Positions 1-10,242 of a stretch of DNA of 64,000 nucleotides are shown here, piece after piece (position 1 is the first letter of the stretch; every line of letters begins with the position of its first letter). Origin of the DNA: Thermodesulfobacteriota bacterium (GTDB lineage: Bacteria; Desulfobacterota_D; UBA1144; Nemesobacterales; JAJCZQ01); the NCBI GenBank assembly GCA_965215275.1, contig OZ244044.1:1824001-1888000 (forward strand), written 5' to 3'. Below the pieces are notes generated by a model. It made no database searches and had not been told where the DNA came from. It saw only the letters and a list, made by a program, of their open reading frames with translations. Position numbers and translations under genes: made by a program.

Positions 1-349
1 TCTTTATTCCGTTGTCCGTGTAGGGATTGTGCGAGGCTGATATTACCAGTCCGGCATCTGCCTTAATGTCCCTGGTTAAAAAGGCGATCGCGGGAGTTGG
101 TAAAGGTCCTGCCAGATAAACGTTAACTCCCATTGACAGCAGACCGGACGATACTGCATGTTCAAAGATATCACAGGATTCCCTTGTATCCTTGCCAATG
201 ATCACCTTAGGAACGGATGACCTGCGGGAGCTTGTAATAATACATGCAAGTGCTTTTCCCAGAATGAGTGCTACCTCTGGGGTCATAGGGTATTTATTTG
301 CAACGCCTCGTATGCCGTCAGTACCGAACAGGTTTTTTGAACCGGACAA
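1..349 (-). CDS. glmM: Phosphoglucosamine mutase, N-terminal part (runs off the window start)
   Basis: Minus-strand translation from TTG at 349 gives [12 protein letters not shown]...IGKDTR...ISASHNP; follows cdaA-cdaR. Confidence 0.93.
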   Translation of the reverse strand, partial: MSGSKNLFGTDGIRGVANKYPMTPEVALILGKALACIITSSRRSSVPKVIIGKDTRESCDIFEHAVSSGLLSMGVNVYLAGPLPTPAIAFLTRDIKADAGLVISASHNPYTDNGIK

Positions 350-362
350 TTTATATTCCAAC

Positions 363-1331
363 TCAGTTGATGTTTATTTCAACTGTTTCAGGTGAGATAC
401 TGCTTAAATGTAAACTATCGGAGTTTGGATAGTCAACTTTTACGGGCAGTTCATATTTGCCGGGCTCGGTGTTTTTCAGGTCGTCAGCGTCAACGTAAAC
501 GGATATATCATCGCTGTTAAGCTTGTTAACGTGGCTGTATGGTCCGTCAAATGCGAGAGTTATTACGGTCGGGCCTGAAGCTGTATACCTGATCTCTTCA
601 AAGTTATTAAAAGAGATGTTCAGGTTGTTGAACTCTTTTATAAGGTTTTCTTCCTTGATGTTCACGTTTATTTTCACAAGGCTTGTACCCTCTAAACTGA
701 ACAGTTCGTTCGGGGACTCCAAAGGGAGTTCAATGGAGAAACTTGATCTTTCTCCCTCCAGGCTTATAAAGCGCGTGTCGATAGTTGTATATTTCCTTAT
801 AAGTTTCCTAGGTCCTTTTACCTTTACTTTAGCAGGTGAGACCTTCGGACTGCCTTCGATCAGGAACCCCCTGTTGGGTTTGCCAAGTACTGGGTTGATC
901 TTCATCGTTTTGGTTACGAGCCTGTCGATCTCTATTGAGATCTCAGAAGGGCTTGTGCTTATGGCCTTGACTTTTTTCGGAAGATTTATATTAGCGGTCT
1001 GAACCTGAACGTTTGACACGCCTGTGCTGAAACTGGACAGGTCGTAAGATATTGGCGGGATCGGATTGTTGAAGGAAAAGATATCATACCTTGGACCTCT
1101 GACGGTAAGGTTAACCCTGTCGGGCGGGTTATTTACTATGATCAGATTTACCGGCAGGTTCGTGTACCTCACGGGAACGGAGAAATTCTTTTCTATATCG
1201 AATTCCAGGTTCGTTGCAAACCAGAGCAGCGTGGCTATTGTGAACGCAATTATTATCTTACCGTAATTATTAAAAAGTGGATTTACGATATTCAGTCCTT
1301 TAAGACGGCTGTGATCGGATTTCAGATGCAT
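363..1331 (-). CDS. cdaR: YbbR/CdaR-family regulator of diadenylate cyclase (start uncertain)
   Basis: N-terminal TM helix, repeated YbbR-like segments (V-x-V-x-G-P); lies between cdaA and glmM. Confidence 0.82.
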   Translation of the reverse strand: MHLKSDHSRLKGLNIVNPLFNNYGKIIIAFTIATLLWFATNLEFDIEKNFSVPVRYTNLPVNLIIVNNPPDRVNLTVRGPRYDIFSFNNPIPPISYDLSSFSTGVSNVQVQTANINLPKKVKAISTSPSEISIEIDRLVTKTMKINPVLGKPNRGFLIEGSPKVSPAKVKVKGPRKLIRKYTTIDTRFISLEGERSSFSIELPLESPNELFSLEGTSLVKINVNIKEENLIKEFNNLNISFNNFEEIRYTASGPTVITLAFDGPYSHVNKLNSDDISVYVDADDLKNTEPGKYELPVKVDYPNSDSLHLSSISPETVEININ

Positions 1332-1338
1332 TGCTGTT

Positions 1339-2142
1339 CTAATTTGTTGATTCTGACAAAGACTGTTTCTCTTTACGTTCTGATGGCTTTATATTAAGCA
1401 GGCTTGCCAGGTTATTATAAAGTGCTGATGGTTCAAGTTTCTGCTTTATCTCTCCCTGTACTGCAAGAGATACGTTCCCCGTTTCTTCTGATACGACGAT
1501 CACGACGGCGTCAGTTTCAGAAGTTAATCCGACCGATGCTCTGTGGCGCGTTCCAAAGCTCTTCTCCAGGGCCGGATCGGTATCTAACGGGAAAAAGGAC
1601 CCGGCGGAGGCGATCTTATTGTTGGAAATAACGATCCCTCCATCATGTAACGGGGATACAGGATTGAATATGCTTATTATCAGTCCCATCGAGATGTCGG
1701 CTTCAAGGCTCGTGCCGAGTTCTATATAGTCCGCCAGGCTGGTATTTCTTTCGATCGCTATGATCGCCCCGATCTTTTTGTCTGCCATGTAAGTGGAAGC
1801 TTTTACCAGTTCATCAACGGTTCTTTCTTCTGACAGTACTTTGCTGAACCTGAGTAAGAACGGCTTCTTTCCTATATTGGTCAGGGCCTTTCTTATATCG
1901 TTTTGAAAAAGTATCACTATAATAAGGATAATAGAACCGAAGAAATGGTTCAGTATCCAGTGCAGTGTAAAAAGTCCCGTACTTTTGGACAGGAAAAACA
2001 AAACGATCAAAGCCATCAGTCCAGACAGCATCTGAGCTGCTTTTGTTCCCTCTATGATCTTCAGGATATAGTAGATCACCAGGGCAACGAGCAGTATGTC
2101 CAGAGGGTCCAGTATGTATCTGAAGTTCGATGCAAGTTCCAA
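1339..2142 (-). CDS. cdaA: Diadenylate cyclase CdaA/DacA
   Basis: Three N-terminal TM helices, PLHDGG and GTRHRA DAC motifs, VVSEETG. Confidence 0.93.
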   Translation of the reverse strand: MELASNFRYILDPLDILLVALVIYYILKIIEGTKAAQMLSGLMALIVLFFLSKSTGLFTLHWILNHFFGSIILIIVILFQNDIRKALTNIGKKPFLLRFSKVLSEERTVDELVKASTYMADKKIGAIIAIERNTSLADYIELGTSLEADISMGLIISIFNPVSPLHDGGIVISNNKIASAGSFFPLDTDPALEKSFGTRHRASVGLTSETDAVVIVVSEETGNVSLAVQGEIKQKLEPSALYNNLASLLNIKPSERKEKQSLSESTN

Positions 2143-2157
2143 TTTTTAATTCCTTTG

Positions 2158-2994
2158 TTAATTCCTGTTGTAGATCGCGTTGGTCATCATAGCGATTAAT
2201 TTCATATGACGGACGTCATGAACCCTTATGATCGAAGCTCCGTTTATGATCGAGATTACCACGCTTGCCGCGGTTCCTTCTAACCTGTCCTGAGGGGGCA
2301 GGTCTCCCAGCAGCTTACCAATGAACGATTTTCTTGAAGTTCCTGTCATTACCGGCCTTCCCAGCTCAGAAAAGCGGGAGAGGTTTCTGATTATCTCAAT
2401 ATTCTGTTCAACCGTTTTTCCAAATCCAATACCTGGATCAACTACAATACTTTCAAATTCAACTCCAAGGGACAGTGCCTTCTGTATCGAGGAATCAAGG
2501 GATGAGATAATGTCTTCGATCAGAGAAGCGTAGCTTACTCTCTGCTGCATATATGCGGGGCGGCCAGACGTGTGCATCAGAACTATCCCGGCTTTGTGCC
2601 GAGCCACCTCTTCCGCTGATCTTTCATCAAAATTAAGTCCGCTTATATCGTTTATTATAGAGACCCCTAATTTGAGCGCCTCTCGGGCAACTGCAGATTT
2701 TGTTGTATCAACTGAAAATATACAGTTAAATCTTTCACTGGCCTTTTCAAGGACCGGCATTATTCTGTCCAGTTCTTCCTGTTCCGTAACGTGACGTGAA
2801 CCGGGACGCGTTGATTCAGCGCCAATGTCGATTATGTCCGCGCCTTCTGAAAGCATTTTATCTATCCTGAATAAACAGTCATCTACCGTTTTGTAAAGAC
2901 CGCCGTCATAGAACGAGTCAGGGGTCACGTTCAGAATACCCATTACGAAAGTCCTCTGACCCAGGTTTATGGTCTTATTCCTTAATTTCAGCAA
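2158..2994 (-). CDS. folP: Dihydropteroate synthase
   Basis: MGILNVTPDSFYDGG, DIGAESTRPG, DPGIGFGK, SRKSF, RVHDV. Confidence 0.97.
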   Translation of the reverse strand: MLKLRNKTINLGQRTFVMGILNVTPDSFYDGGLYKTVDDCLFRIDKMLSEGADIIDIGAESTRPGSRHVTEQEELDRIMPVLEKASERFNCIFSVDTTKSAVAREALKLGVSIINDISGLNFDERSAEEVARHKAGIVLMHTSGRPAYMQQRVSYASLIEDIISSLDSSIQKALSLGVEFESIVVDPGIGFGKTVEQNIEIIRNLSRFSELGRPVMTGTSRKSFIGKLLGDLPPQDRLEGTAASVVISIINGASIIRVHDVRHMKLIAMMTNAIYNRN

Positions 2995-3130
2995 GTCAGA
3001 ATTTCTTTTTTCAATTTGCCTGTTAATAGTGGCTCAACCTGCAACTAAGCTGTCAAATGCCATATATCAATTATATGACATATATCAGCAAAATAAAAAT
3101 AAGCTGTAAGCGTGCGGAACTGATCTGATC

Positions 3131-4957
3131 TTAAGTGGCGGCAAGATCCGGGTTATATTTCAGCACCAGACCGTTCAGTTCCTTGCTGTCGACCACTTCT
3201 TTTTCTAACAGAACGTTGGCAAGTGCATGCAGGATCTCCAGATTATCTTCCAGCAGTTTTTTGGATCTTTTCCAGCACCCGTTCACGATATTTTTAATTT
3301 CTCTGTCAATAAGCACGGCGGTTTCATCGCTGTACTCGGTGTGTCTGGACATCTCCTTGCCAAGGAATACCTGCTCGTCAGCCTTGCCAAAGGTCACGGG
3401 TCCCAGTGCTTCGCTCATTCCCCATTCGCATACCATCTTTCTTGCGATCTCCGTTACCCTTTCAAGGTCGTTACCAGCTCCGCTCGTTCTTTCATTGAAC
3501 ACTATTTCCTCTGCAGCTCGTCCGCCCAGAAGTACCATGATAGTGCTGTGAAGATACGTTCTGGAGTGGGTGTATTTATCTTCTATCGGCAGCTGCTGGG
3601 TAACTCCAAGAGCCATGCCCCTTGGAATGATGGTAACCTTGTGTATCGGGTCTGCTTCCGGCGTGAATTTAGCCACAAGTGCGTGTCCGGCCTCATGATA
3701 CGCGGTAATACGCTTTTCCTTTTCGCTTATCATCATGCTTTTTCGTTCAACGCCCATCATCACTTTGTCCTTTGCGTATTCAAAGTCGTCCATTGCTATC
3801 TTGTCCCTGCCACGTTTTGCCGCGTGAAGTGCTGATTCATTTACCAGGTTCTGAAGGTCGGCCCCTGAAAATCCGGGAGTGGACCTTGCAATAAGTGAAA
3901 GATCAACGTCGCTGTTAATGGGCGTGTTTTTGGAATGGACCTTTAATATCTCTTCTCTTCCTCTGACGTCCGGTCTGGGAACCACGACCTGCCTGTCAAA
4001 TCTTCCAGGTCTTAATAATGCCGGGTCCAGAACGTCTGGTCTGTTCGTGGCCGCCATTACTATTACTCCTTCATTACCTTCAAATCCGTCCATTTCCACG
4101 AGCATCTGATTCAGGGTCTGTTCCCTCTCGTCGTGTCCTCCACCAAGACCAGCCCCCCTGTGCCTTCCAACGGCGTCAAGTTCGTCAACGAATATTATGC
4201 AGGGAGAGTTTCGCTTGGCCTGTACGAACAGTTCTCTCACCCGGGAGGCTCCCACGCCCACGAACATCTCTACAAAATCACTTCCGCTTATTATAAAGAA
4301 AGGAACCCCTGCTTCGCCGGCGATAGCTTTGGCAATAAGGGTTTTACCCGTGCCGGGAGGTCCAACGAGCAGAACTCCCTTAGGGATCTTTCCACCCAGT
4401 TTAGTGAATTTCTTCGGGTCCTTGAGGAACTCCACTATCTCGCTGACTTCCTCTTTTGCTTCGTCAACGCCTGCAACGTCCTTGAACGTGACCTTGTTCT
4501 GACCTTCGGTCAGCATTCTGGATTTATTTTTACCAAACGACATCGCCTTGGTCCCGCCTGTCTGGATCTGTCTCATGAACAGCACCATCAGTAAAATAAG
4601 TATGATCAACGGAGCCCAGTTAAACAGTATCTGCGTCAGCGACCCTTCTTTCTTTTTGGAAAAACTGAAGTTTATATTTTTATCCGTAAGGCGGTTGATC
4701 AGCTTTTCAGTTGATGGTCCAACGGTTTTGAACCTTGTGACGTTCTCTCCTGCTTCCGTGTACCTGAGGTTCCCCTTTATGCTGTTTTCGCTGAACACGA
4801 TATCACTGACGTCGCTTTGTTCCACCAGAGTTAAAAATCTGCTGTAGCTTATATCTTTATGTATTGTCCTTGGTGTGTTTACGAGCTGGTACAGCGCAAT
4901 GATTACAACGAAGATCAAAACCCAGATAGCTAAATTTTTTAATATTGGACTGTTCAT
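3131..4957 (-). CDS. ftsH: ATP-dependent zinc metalloprotease FtsH
   Basis: Two TM helices, Walker [23 protein letters not shown] zinc motif. Confidence 0.98.
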   Translation of the reverse strand: MNSPILKNLAIWVLIFVVIIALYQLVNTPRTIHKDISYSRFLTLVEQSDVSDIVFSENSIKGNLRYTEAGENVTRFKTVGPSTEKLINRLTDKNINFSFSKKKEGSLTQILFNWAPLIILILLMVLFMRQIQTGGTKAMSFGKNKSRMLTEGQNKVTFKDVAGVDEAKEEVSEIVEFLKDPKKFTKLGGKIPKGVLLVGPPGTGKTLIAKAIAGEAGVPFFIISGSDFVEMFVGVGASRVRELFVQAKRNSPCIIFVDELDAVGRHRGAGLGGGHDEREQTLNQMLVEMDGFEGNEGVIVMAATNRPDVLDPALLRPGRFDRQVVVPRPDVRGREEILKVHSKNTPINSDVDLSLIARSTPGFSGADLQNLVNESALHAAKRGRDKIAMDDFEYAKDKVMMGVERKSMMISEKEKRITAYHEAGHALVAKFTPEADPIHKVTIIPRGMALGVTQQLPIEDKYTHSRTYLHSTIMVLLGGRAAEEIVFNERTSGAGNDLERVTEIARKMVCEWGMSEALGPVTFGKADEQVFLGKEMSRHTEYSDETAVLIDREIKNIVNGCWKRSKKLLEDNLEILHALANVLLEKEVVDSKELNGLVLKYNPDLAAT

Positions 4958-5054
4958 CTGCTTATCCTGTTACATGTCTTTATGAAAAATAAGATAATCA
5001 CTTATTATAAACGTTCAATAATAAAAGTTATCACACTATCTGTTTTCTTTCAAT

Positions 5055-5206
5055 GTTCGAAATGCTGAAGGGTCCGGCATGACCATGGAACGGAGACCGT
5101 TATATACGTATCCAGCACAGGTTTTCCTTCAGGAGAAGATCCTTTTTACCGTCTTCATGGCAAGGCCACAGATACCATTGTTGCGGCCGTTCACTTCAGT
5201 TCGAAC
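5055..5206. ncRNA. Candidate structured intergenic RNA / long imperfect hairpin
   Basis: GTTCGAA..CTGAAG pairs with CTTCAG-TTCGAAC; inner CCATGGAACGG pairs with CCGTCTTCATGG. Confidence 0.3.
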
Positions 5207-5258
5207 GCTTTATCATTTATCTGTTTTACGTTCGTCAGTACCCACGTGCGGGAGGGTT

Positions 5259-6194
5259 TTACGAATACGCTGCCACGGTATTTCCCATAACCTCCACGTT
5301 GCTCTGCTTACCGACCGGAGCAGGTGCGATTATCGCAAGTTCCATTCCGGTATTAAAATAGTTCTGAAGTTTTTCCCTGCATTTGGAAGCTGGGCCCGCC
5401 AGTGCAACTGCCTCAACTAGTTCATCAGAAAATACTTCCGCGGGGTTTGCACCACCCTGTATCTGCTCTACTATATCGCCAAACCCGATATTTTTTATCA
5501 GTCTTTGATAGAAGGGGAACCTTGCGTAACCGGAAAGACCTTTTTTAGCGGATTCGATCGCCTTGCCTTCATCTTCTGATACGAAAGAGGGAATTCCATT
5601 TGTTATCGTGATGTCGGAAATGCTCCTGCCTGCTTTTTCCGCCCCTGTTTTAACGTTCCTGATCAGTTCGGTCATATATTCCGGCGGGCACATATACGGC
5701 ATTAACCCGTCGGCTACCTCACCTGCCAGTTCTGCTGCTGACTTTGTCAGGCCTGCTATGTAAACGGGAAGATGTGGCAGCTTTCTCTTCAGTGTCAGTC
5801 TTTCGGAACTTCCATCCGCCAAGGCCCTGACCTCCGTTACATAATTTCTCATATCCTCTACCGGATCACCCATCTCAATTCCGTATCTGCTGTTGACGGG
5901 CTTGTGACTTACTCCCAAGCCAAGTATCATCCTTCCTCCTGTGATCTCCTGAACGGTAAGTGCCGTTGCCGTGGCTACAACGGGCTGACGCATGTATATA
6001 TTTGCTATCCACGTTCCGACTTTAATCTTTTCTGTGGTTTCTGCAAACACCTGTGCATTTGATAAGGCACTGTAAGGAGGAACTTCGGGGGAAAATATGG
6101 CATCTAATCCACCCTCCTCACAGATGCGTGCAAGCGACCTGAGATCTTCCAAGCTGCATCCCCAGACTGGTGAAATCGTGGCGATTTTACTCAT
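5259..6194 (-). CDS. LLM-class (luciferase-like) flavin/F420-dependent oxidoreductase
   Basis: TEKIKVGT, GRMILGLGVSH, LAGEVADG are typical LLM/Mer-family motifs. Confidence 0.85.
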   Translation of the reverse strand: MSKIATISPVWGCSLEDLRSLARICEEGGLDAIFSPEVPPYSALSNAQVFAETTEKIKVGTWIANIYMRQPVVATATALTVQEITGGRMILGLGVSHKPVNSRYGIEMGDPVEDMRNYVTEVRALADGSSERLTLKRKLPHLPVYIAGLTKSAAELAGEVADGLMPYMCPPEYMTELIRNVKTGAEKAGRSISDITITNGIPSFVSEDEGKAIESAKKGLSGYARFPFYQRLIKNIGFGDIVEQIQGGANPAEVFSDELVEAVALAGPASKCREKLQNYFNTGMELAIIAPAPVGKQSNVEVMGNTVAAYS

Positions 6195-6405
6195 TATCGT
6201 TCTCCTTTGGTATTTAGTTTATACATCATTAAGTTGGTTTTTTGTTTCAACGATATAATTATAACACGTTCTTACTGTCATTGACAGAGCAGAAAAGTAA
6301 AATAGTTCATCTACTGGACTTTAACGGTACTCTGCCACGGCTCACCCAGCAGTATCCCATTAATTTACCTTTACAACTCGTTGTTCGTTGTGTACAATTC
6401 AATAA

Positions 6406-6522
6406 ATGTTTGACTTAGAACCACATGAGAAAGAGGGTGCGGTTTACATAGCGGGTGTATTTGTTTTAATTGCCTCGATTATGCTGATAGCGTCACTTAC
6501 GCACGTTATACTTTCACCTTAA
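6406..6522 (+). CDS. Unannotated 38-aa single-TM small protein, probably leaderless
   Basis: MFDLEPHEKEGAVYIAGVFVLIASIMLIASLTHVILSP*; TTTACA-17nt-TACAAT promoter (6370-6398) 7 nt before the ATG. Confidence 0.55.
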   Translation: MFDLEPHEKEGAVYIAGVFVLIASIMLIASLTHVILSP

Positions 6523-6986
6523 CTGATCCCCCATTTTAACACCTGCAAAACTGCATCTTGCGGATCTATCACCTTGTTGGTATTGTCGTAAAATGTAATT
6601 TCGTCCTTGACCTTCTCATATCTCAGGCTTAACAGCTGTACTGTTCTGTGCATGCTCTGTTTTACCTGCGTGCCGTCTCTGGAGGCAAGTCCGTATATAA
6701 ATATGCTGCTTCTGCTCTGGATGACGAAACTGAACTTCTTTTCCGTCCTGATCACAAAACCACTGCAGCGGTCCTGAAAACTGAAAAGGAGCGGGACCAG
6801 ATCTTCGTGCAGTCTGTGCAGTCTGATGGGACAGGCACTGTTCCCGCTGAAATTATCAACTCCTGACCTTGCAATATTGAAAAGTATGTTCAGTGCTTCA
6901 CTGTCTTGTGCCTCGAAGGTCTTGCCTTTTTCAGAAGCCGCTGTCTTTTGTGACATGGCTTTGATCTCTTTTATAAAATCATCCAT
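6519..6986 (-). CDS. Hypothetical protein
   Basis: 155-aa ORF with AAGGA upstream; no recognisable motif. Confidence 0.65.
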   Translation of the reverse strand: MDDFIKEIKAMSQKTAASEKGKTFEAQDSEALNILFNIARSGVDNFSGNSACPIRLHRLHEDLVPLLFSFQDRCSGFVIRTEKKFSFVIQSRSSIFIYGLASRDGTQVKQSMHRTVQLLSLRYEKVKDEITFYDNTNKVIDPQDAVLQVLKWGIS

Positions 6987-7072
6987 TTAAAAAGCCGTTC
7001 CTTTTATTTGCTGCTTCTGGGTTATATAATAGTACCTGATGGTTGCTGCATACATCAGCGAGGTTGTAAAAT

Positions 7073-8713
7073 ATAGAGAATATATACGGTAAAACTTCCG
7101 GATTAACGAGATCCCAGCTCAAGACCGTCTCAAGGCTTTACAGACGCCGGGTTCAGCCAGCCAGTCTTATAAGCAGCGAGCTTGTAAGGACCCTTACTCA
7201 GACCTCTTACGAAATCGGCAGAAAAATATCCCTGTTGATCAACAGAAGGGGCAAGGTCCATTCAGTGTTCCTGGGCGATGCGTATGAGATCGATTATGAA
7301 AAGCTCTTAGGAAGGTTCAGGGAAGCTAAATTCAGATTAAGGGGATTCAAGGTGATCCATTCCCATTTTAACGATTTCAGTTTATCCAGGGACGATCTTG
7401 CCACTCTTATAAAAGAGCGGCTGGATATGATGGGCGTGGTAGAGGTAAAGGAGAACGGACACGCCGGGAGATTGCAGTTTGCACATATATCCCTGTCAAA
7501 CGGTAACCCGGATGAAAAGTGGAAGATCTATTCGTTTGACGACGTAGGCAGGGTAGATATTGAATGGAACTATCTTCTGGACGATATCCAGCGAAAGCTG
7601 GAGAGATCATACAGGCAGTCAGGGGGGAATACCAGTAACGAAGGGGCTTTACTGGTTGCTTTCAGCACTCAGGGCAGAGAAGCGGCCGAACGGTCGGTTG
7701 AAGAACTTAAATCACTTTCTGAATCAAGTGAGAGGAGGGTGCTTGGTTCTGTGTTTCAGATAAGAAAAAGGGTTGACCCGAGGTATCTTATAGGTAAAGG
7801 AAAATTAAGGGAGGTCGTTCTTCAGGCTGAACACATTGGTGCGGGCACCATAATTTTCGACGTGGAACTGACCCCTGCCCAGATCAATCTGATATCGGCG
7901 CAGACCACACTGAACGTTATTGACAGAACTCAGCTTATACTGGAGATCTTTCAAAGGCATGCAACCTCAAGCGAGGGAAAGATCCAGGTCAGACTTGCCG
8001 GTCTTAAATATAATTTACCAAGATTAAGAGGCAGGGGAGTTGAACTTTCTCAGCTCGGTGCAGGTATTGGAACAAGAGGTCCCGGAGAGACCAGACTGGA
8101 ATATCAGCGCAGGACCATAAGAAAGCAGATCGAAAAACTTGAGAAGCAGATAGATAAGATCAGTTTCAGAAGGAAAAGCACTCGTGAAAGAAGGACGTCG
8201 ACCGGTATCAGGTCAGTTTCACTCGTTGGATACACGAACGCCGGTAAGTCCACGCTTTTTAATACGCTTACCAATGACAGGGTCAAGGTACAGGACAGGC
8301 TCTTTTCAACGCTTGGTCCTACCACCAGAAAGATCAGACTTCCTTCAAGGACGGACGTGCTGATAATAGATACCGTGGGGTTTATAAGCAATTTACCGGA
8401 AGATCTGATAAATGCTTTCAGAGCAACACTTGAGGAAATAGGCGAAGCTGATCTTCTTCTTCACGTTATTGACGCAAGTGACCCGATGATCGAGGAAAGG
8501 ATAGGATCTGTGGAAAGTATACTGAACTCCATGGGTTTTGGAGATATTCCCGGGTTAATGGTCTTTAATAAAAGAGATAAGACAGACGAGCAGACTGTAC
8601 GATTCCTTGAAAGGGCATATGATACAACTGTGGTCTCTGCTTTGAGTAAGATAAATATAAAGGGCCTGCTGGAATTGATCGATCGGAATATACAGCAGGT
8701 TTATCACGGTTAG
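7073..8713 (+). CDS. hflX: GTPase HflX, long N-terminal form; start extended to ATA at 7073
   Basis: GIGTRGPGET, GYTNAGKS, DTVGF, NKRD; the frame is open upstream to TAA 7067-7069 and encodes the conserved IENIYGKTSGL N-terminus. Confidence 0.93.
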   Translation: MENIYGKTSGLTRSQLKTVSRLYRRRVQPASLISSELVRTLTQTSYEIGRKISLLINRRGKVHSVFLGDAYEIDYEKLLGRFREAKFRLRGFKVIHSHFNDFSLSRDDLATLIKERLDMMGVVEVKENGHAGRLQFAHISLSNGNPDEKWKIYSFDDVGRVDIEWNYLLDDIQRKLERSYRQSGGNTSNEGALLVAFSTQGREAAERSVEELKSLSESSERRVLGSVFQIRKRVDPRYLIGKGKLREVVLQAEHIGAGTIIFDVELTPAQINLISAQTTLNVIDRTQLILEIFQRHATSSEGKIQVRLAGLKYNLPRLRGRGVELSQLGAGIGTRGPGETRLEYQRRTIRKQIEKLEKQIDKISFRRKSTRERRTSTGIRSVSLVGYTNAGKSTLFNTLTNDRVKVQDRLFSTLGPTTRKIRLPSRTDVLIIDTVGFISNLPEDLINAFRATLEEIGEADLLLHVIDASDPMIEERIGSVESILNSMGFGDIPGLMVFNKRDKTDEQTVRFLERAYDTTVVSALSKINIKGLLELIDRNIQQVYHG

Positions 8714-8866
8714 GGTGTGTTTTGGTCACCGGTATTATTCCTGCAGGAGCGTGATTGTCGTGCAGCAAGGTCTCCGTCCGTCGAGGACATATCTCTGATC
8801 GACAGCCACATATCTGTTAAGGCACACAGCAGATTTCAAACTTAAATCCCTGTGATGGTCTGATAA

Positions 8867-8897
8867 TAAAAAGGGTACGAAAATCGTACCCTTTTTA
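8867..8897. terminator. Bidirectional intrinsic terminator
   Basis: TAAAAAGGGTACGA-AAA-TCGTACCCTTTTTA perfect hairpin with A/T tails between convergent genes. Confidence 0.85.
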
Positions 8898-8920
8898 CCT
8901 ATGATTTTATCTGCTAAAAG

Positions 8921-9112
8921 TTACCAGGGCTTGGATGCGTCGTCCTGACCTTTCAGGTTTTTGATCCATTTGCTATCATCATATATCGATACACCGTAAA
9001 TAATTGCCAGGTTGGCAATTATAAGACCTATATCGGTGTTATTTGTCTGTTCCGCCCTTTTTTTTATCTTATCATGAATAGGGTCGGGAATGTTTATAGT
9101 AATCTCAGCCAT
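8921..9112 (-). CDS. Small protein, possible ribbon-helix-helix fold
   Basis: AGGAGG RBS; alternating hydrophobic N-terminal strand ITINIP followed by helix DPIHDKIKKRA. Confidence 0.6.
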   Translation of the reverse strand: MAEITINIPDPIHDKIKKRAEQTNNTDIGLIIANLAIIYGVSIYDDSKWIKNLKGQDDASKPW

Positions 9113-9136
9113 TTTTAACCTCCTGCTAATTGACGT

Positions 9137-10144
9137 TTAATCGTTAGCGCCAATACCTTTTTCTTTTCTGTAAGTGTCAAGGACCTCTCTTTTAACCGTT
9201 GGATGGAGAGTGAAATCATTTGGCGGTGCGCCCTCTGCAGATGCTTTTACCTCTTCAGGTGAGAGATAGCTGAACTTTGTATCTCCAGCTACTTCGCCCA
9301 GTTGTGAAGGTTCAAGTTTCCAGTCCGTTAAAGCTTCATCGCCAAGACCAAATCTCTTTGTGAGTTTGTTGATCTCTTCAAGTCTGCCTGGCAGCGGACC
9401 TTGAGGCTGGATCAGTCTCAGATCTTCAAGGAGTTTCACCGCTTCCGGGTCCCTGCTGAAGGGATTACCAACTCTTTTCTCAAAGAACATGGTCTCAAAA
9501 GGCGGGCGACATCTCTGACCACCGGCTTCCATGCTTTCTGCTGGATACCCTACGGTCATGAGCCAGCTGAACACATAGGTATCGGGCAGGTTGAACTTTG
9601 ACTTGGTATTTCTTCTTGCTCCGCCGCTGGCACCATTAAGGCAGGTTCCCAGTCCCAGTGCCGTAGCTACCAGTGATGCGTTCTGAATGGCATTCCCCAG
9701 ATCAATTCCCGCAAGCCTGTGCATAATTGCGTCAGGCAGCAGACCCGGCAGGGGGAACAGATTTGATACCCTGTCATACTCCCAGCCATGTGCCTTGTCC
9801 AGTGCTCCGGTCCTCATAAGATCATGGATGGATTGTCCCTGTGTGTCATAATTAGCCATATCGTAGCACCAGAAAATAAGCACAGGTGCCATCTGAGTGG
9901 TTATCTGACTCCAGTCCGAGATAAACTCCCATATTTCAGGGTCTTCATCTCTGTATACTACAATTGCTCTCTGACCATTGAAGTTACCTGCTGATGGTGC
10001 AAGCCTGGAAGCTTCCAGCATTGCCTGGATCTTCCATTTCTCAACCTGTTTATTAGGTTCATACCATCTGATGGACCTTCTGGTGCCAATTGCACTGAAA
10101 GTATCCATTACACTAACTTCGCCGGATGAAGGTAAGTTACTCAT
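9137..10144 (-). CDS. Nitroreductase-family protein
   Basis: RRSIRWY, LAPSAGN, ATALGLGTC, VGYPAE; AGGAGG RBS. Confidence 0.88.
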   Translation of the reverse strand: MSNLPSSGEVSVMDTFSAIGTRRSIRWYEPNKQVEKWKIQAMLEASRLAPSAGNFNGQRAIVVYRDEDPEIWEFISDWSQITTQMAPVLIFWCYDMANYDTQGQSIHDLMRTGALDKAHGWEYDRVSNLFPLPGLLPDAIMHRLAGIDLGNAIQNASLVATALGLGTCLNGASGGARRNTKSKFNLPDTYVFSWLMTVGYPAESMEAGGQRCRPPFETMFFEKRVGNPFSRDPEAVKLLEDLRLIQPQGPLPGRLEEINKLTKRFGLGDEALTDWKLEPSQLGEVAGDTKFSYLSPEEVKASAEGAPPNDFTLHPTVKREVLDTYRKEKGIGAND

Positions 10145-10198
10145 TCCATGTTTCCTCCTTAATATTTACGAATTTAATTATAAATCTGTTTAAGTATA

Positions 10199-10227
10199 AT
10201 GATATTGTTTTATGGTTCATTTGTCAA
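10199..10227 (-). promoter_or_regulatory. Sigma70-like promoter of the nitroreductase operon
   Basis: Minus strand TTGACA-17nt-TATCAT. Confidence 0.65.
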
Positions 10228-10242
10228 GATGTAAGTAAATTA

